The translations under genes and the position numbers were made by a program. DNA of 63,464 nt, counting the filler, from Chiloscyllium plagiosum (taxonomy: Eukaryota), in the NCBI RefSeq assembly GCF_004010195.1. It is 4 parts of one record of this genome, joined end to end, with 100 filler letters (N's around TTAATTAATTAA, not from the genome) between each part and the next. Parts side by side here need not be neighbours in the genome. Positions count along the whole stretch, not along the records: positions 51,848 to 63,464 come from NC_057717.1; 3 more parts are not named here. One strand, 5' to 3'. Shown in pieces: positions 62,140-63,464 of the stretch. The notes beneath the pieces were generated by a model that saw only the letters and a program-made list of their open reading frames with translations, made no database searches and was not told the DNA's origin. Within the stretch, counting starts at the first letter, position 1; each line of letters opens with the position of its first letter.

Positions 62140-63190
62140 TGAGGAAGATACAGAAAGAAACTTCCAGAAATACAGGGGAACAGAGTGACTGGTGAAAATG
62201 AGGAACAGCAGGAAATTAGAATTACTAAAAGGTACGTCTTTCAAAAACTCATTGAATTTATGGTTTCTATATTGCTGCATCTGATGAGCTACATCCCAGA
62301 TTAGTGTGGAGGTGGCAATAGAGCTAGTGAAAAAAATTACTGATTATTCTCAAAGCTGGTTAGATTCTGGAAAGGACGCTCCAGACTGGAAAGCAGCGAT
62401 TGTAAACATAAATATTTCAAACAGGACGGAGAGAGCAAACAGCAAACTAAACAGTGGATAGCTTGATGTAAGCTGTGAGAAAAAAAACATTGGAGTCTTT
62501 CGTGAGGAATGTGACAACGAGACACTTGGAAAATAATGTCATGATTCGGTAGCGTCAATCTAGATTCCGGAAGGGGGAACTATCTTGATCTTTGATAAAC
62601 ATGCTGGAGTTTTTGGAGGTTGTCCATTGTGACATCGACAATTGCGAACCAGTGGGAATGAAGTATTTGAATTTTCAGCATATATTTGACATGACTGAAC
62701 ACAGGTGAGTAGAGAATGTTAGAATCCATGGGTAGGTAGGGGTGGAATACACCGAATGTATTAAAAGTTGGATAATCTAGAGAATGGAGAGAGTAGTATA
62801 ATTATCTGGAGTGAAGGCTTTGGGGTTTCAGAAGGATCAGTGTTTGGGCAATAACTCTTCGCAAGATCTAAAATATTTCAGATATGAACAACAAATGTCA
62901 TCATTCACATTTATGGTAATTAAATAGTGAGGGATTGGGAAGTGCTTTTGTTGAAACAGACCTGATGTGCTTGGTCATAAGTCACAAAACGATTTTTTAC
63001 GCAGCAGGAAGTAAATGATATGTGGCTAGTCATGCAAAATGATTAAAGTACCAGAGTAAATTATCTTTCCCAACGATAGTGTTTTGTTGAGAGACTGTAA
63101 GATGTATTGTGTACAGGTTTACTCAGCAAAGGGGTTTCACAAGACTAAACCCTGACATGATATTACCATGAGGAGAATGTGAAGAAACTT
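62140..63190 (+). mobile_element. Highly degenerate CR1-type ORF2
   Basis: gactggaaagcagcgattgtaaac (DWK.A.V) and gggtttcagaaggatcagtgtttggg (GV..GSV.G). Confidence 0.65.
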
Positions 63191-63464
63191 GTTCTTAATA
63201 AAGTGTGTTATGGCGTTTGTGAGTTTATATTTTAAAAAGTGCTGAAGCACATTGAATGTTGAAGATACAAAATTGCCTTATTGTACCAATTAAAGGAATG
63301 CCCAGGCAAATTCACATTTCCTATGTACTGGAGTGTAAATATATCCACTGTAAATATTTTGGATGGTGCCTGTTCTAGTCGAGGAGAGATCTGTACGCTA
63401 ACAGCATGTAGACTGCGGTTTTTGAGGATGGTGGTGGTGGGAGGTTCAGCCAGTTACAGTATTG

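Overview
Eukaryotic, repeat-dominated DNA from a draft assembly with several N gaps. The HE1-type V-SINEs and their partner CR1/HER1-type LINEs point to a cartilaginous fish, probably a shark (inference). I found no intact host protein-coding gene, rRNA, tRNA or CRISPR array. Most of the window is nested, decayed mobile DNA: many CR1 LINEs, one L1-like LINE, at least three Penelope-like element (PLE) families with hammerhead-ribozyme-bearing terminal repeats, a Gmr1-like Gypsy LTR relic, PIF/Harbinger transposase and Myb/SANT relics, SINEs and minisatellites. There is also larger-scale structure: an old inverted duplication (about 2.5-16.4 kb vs 37.8-44.65 kb) and a younger direct duplication (about 35.0-37.5 kb vs 38.5-40.55 kb). 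The two most interesting signals are (i) short PLE-derived fold-back insertions that pivot on a minimal hammerhead ribozyme and have 14-16 bp target-site duplications, one with perfect 92-bp arms and an empty paralogous site in the window, and (ii) tentative relics of immunoglobulin-superfamily V segments in the unique DNA: a TCR-beta-like V with leader intron and heptamer at about 30 kb, and a VJ-type exon at about 62 kb. All family assignments come from reading and translating by eye; no searches were run and boundaries are approximate.
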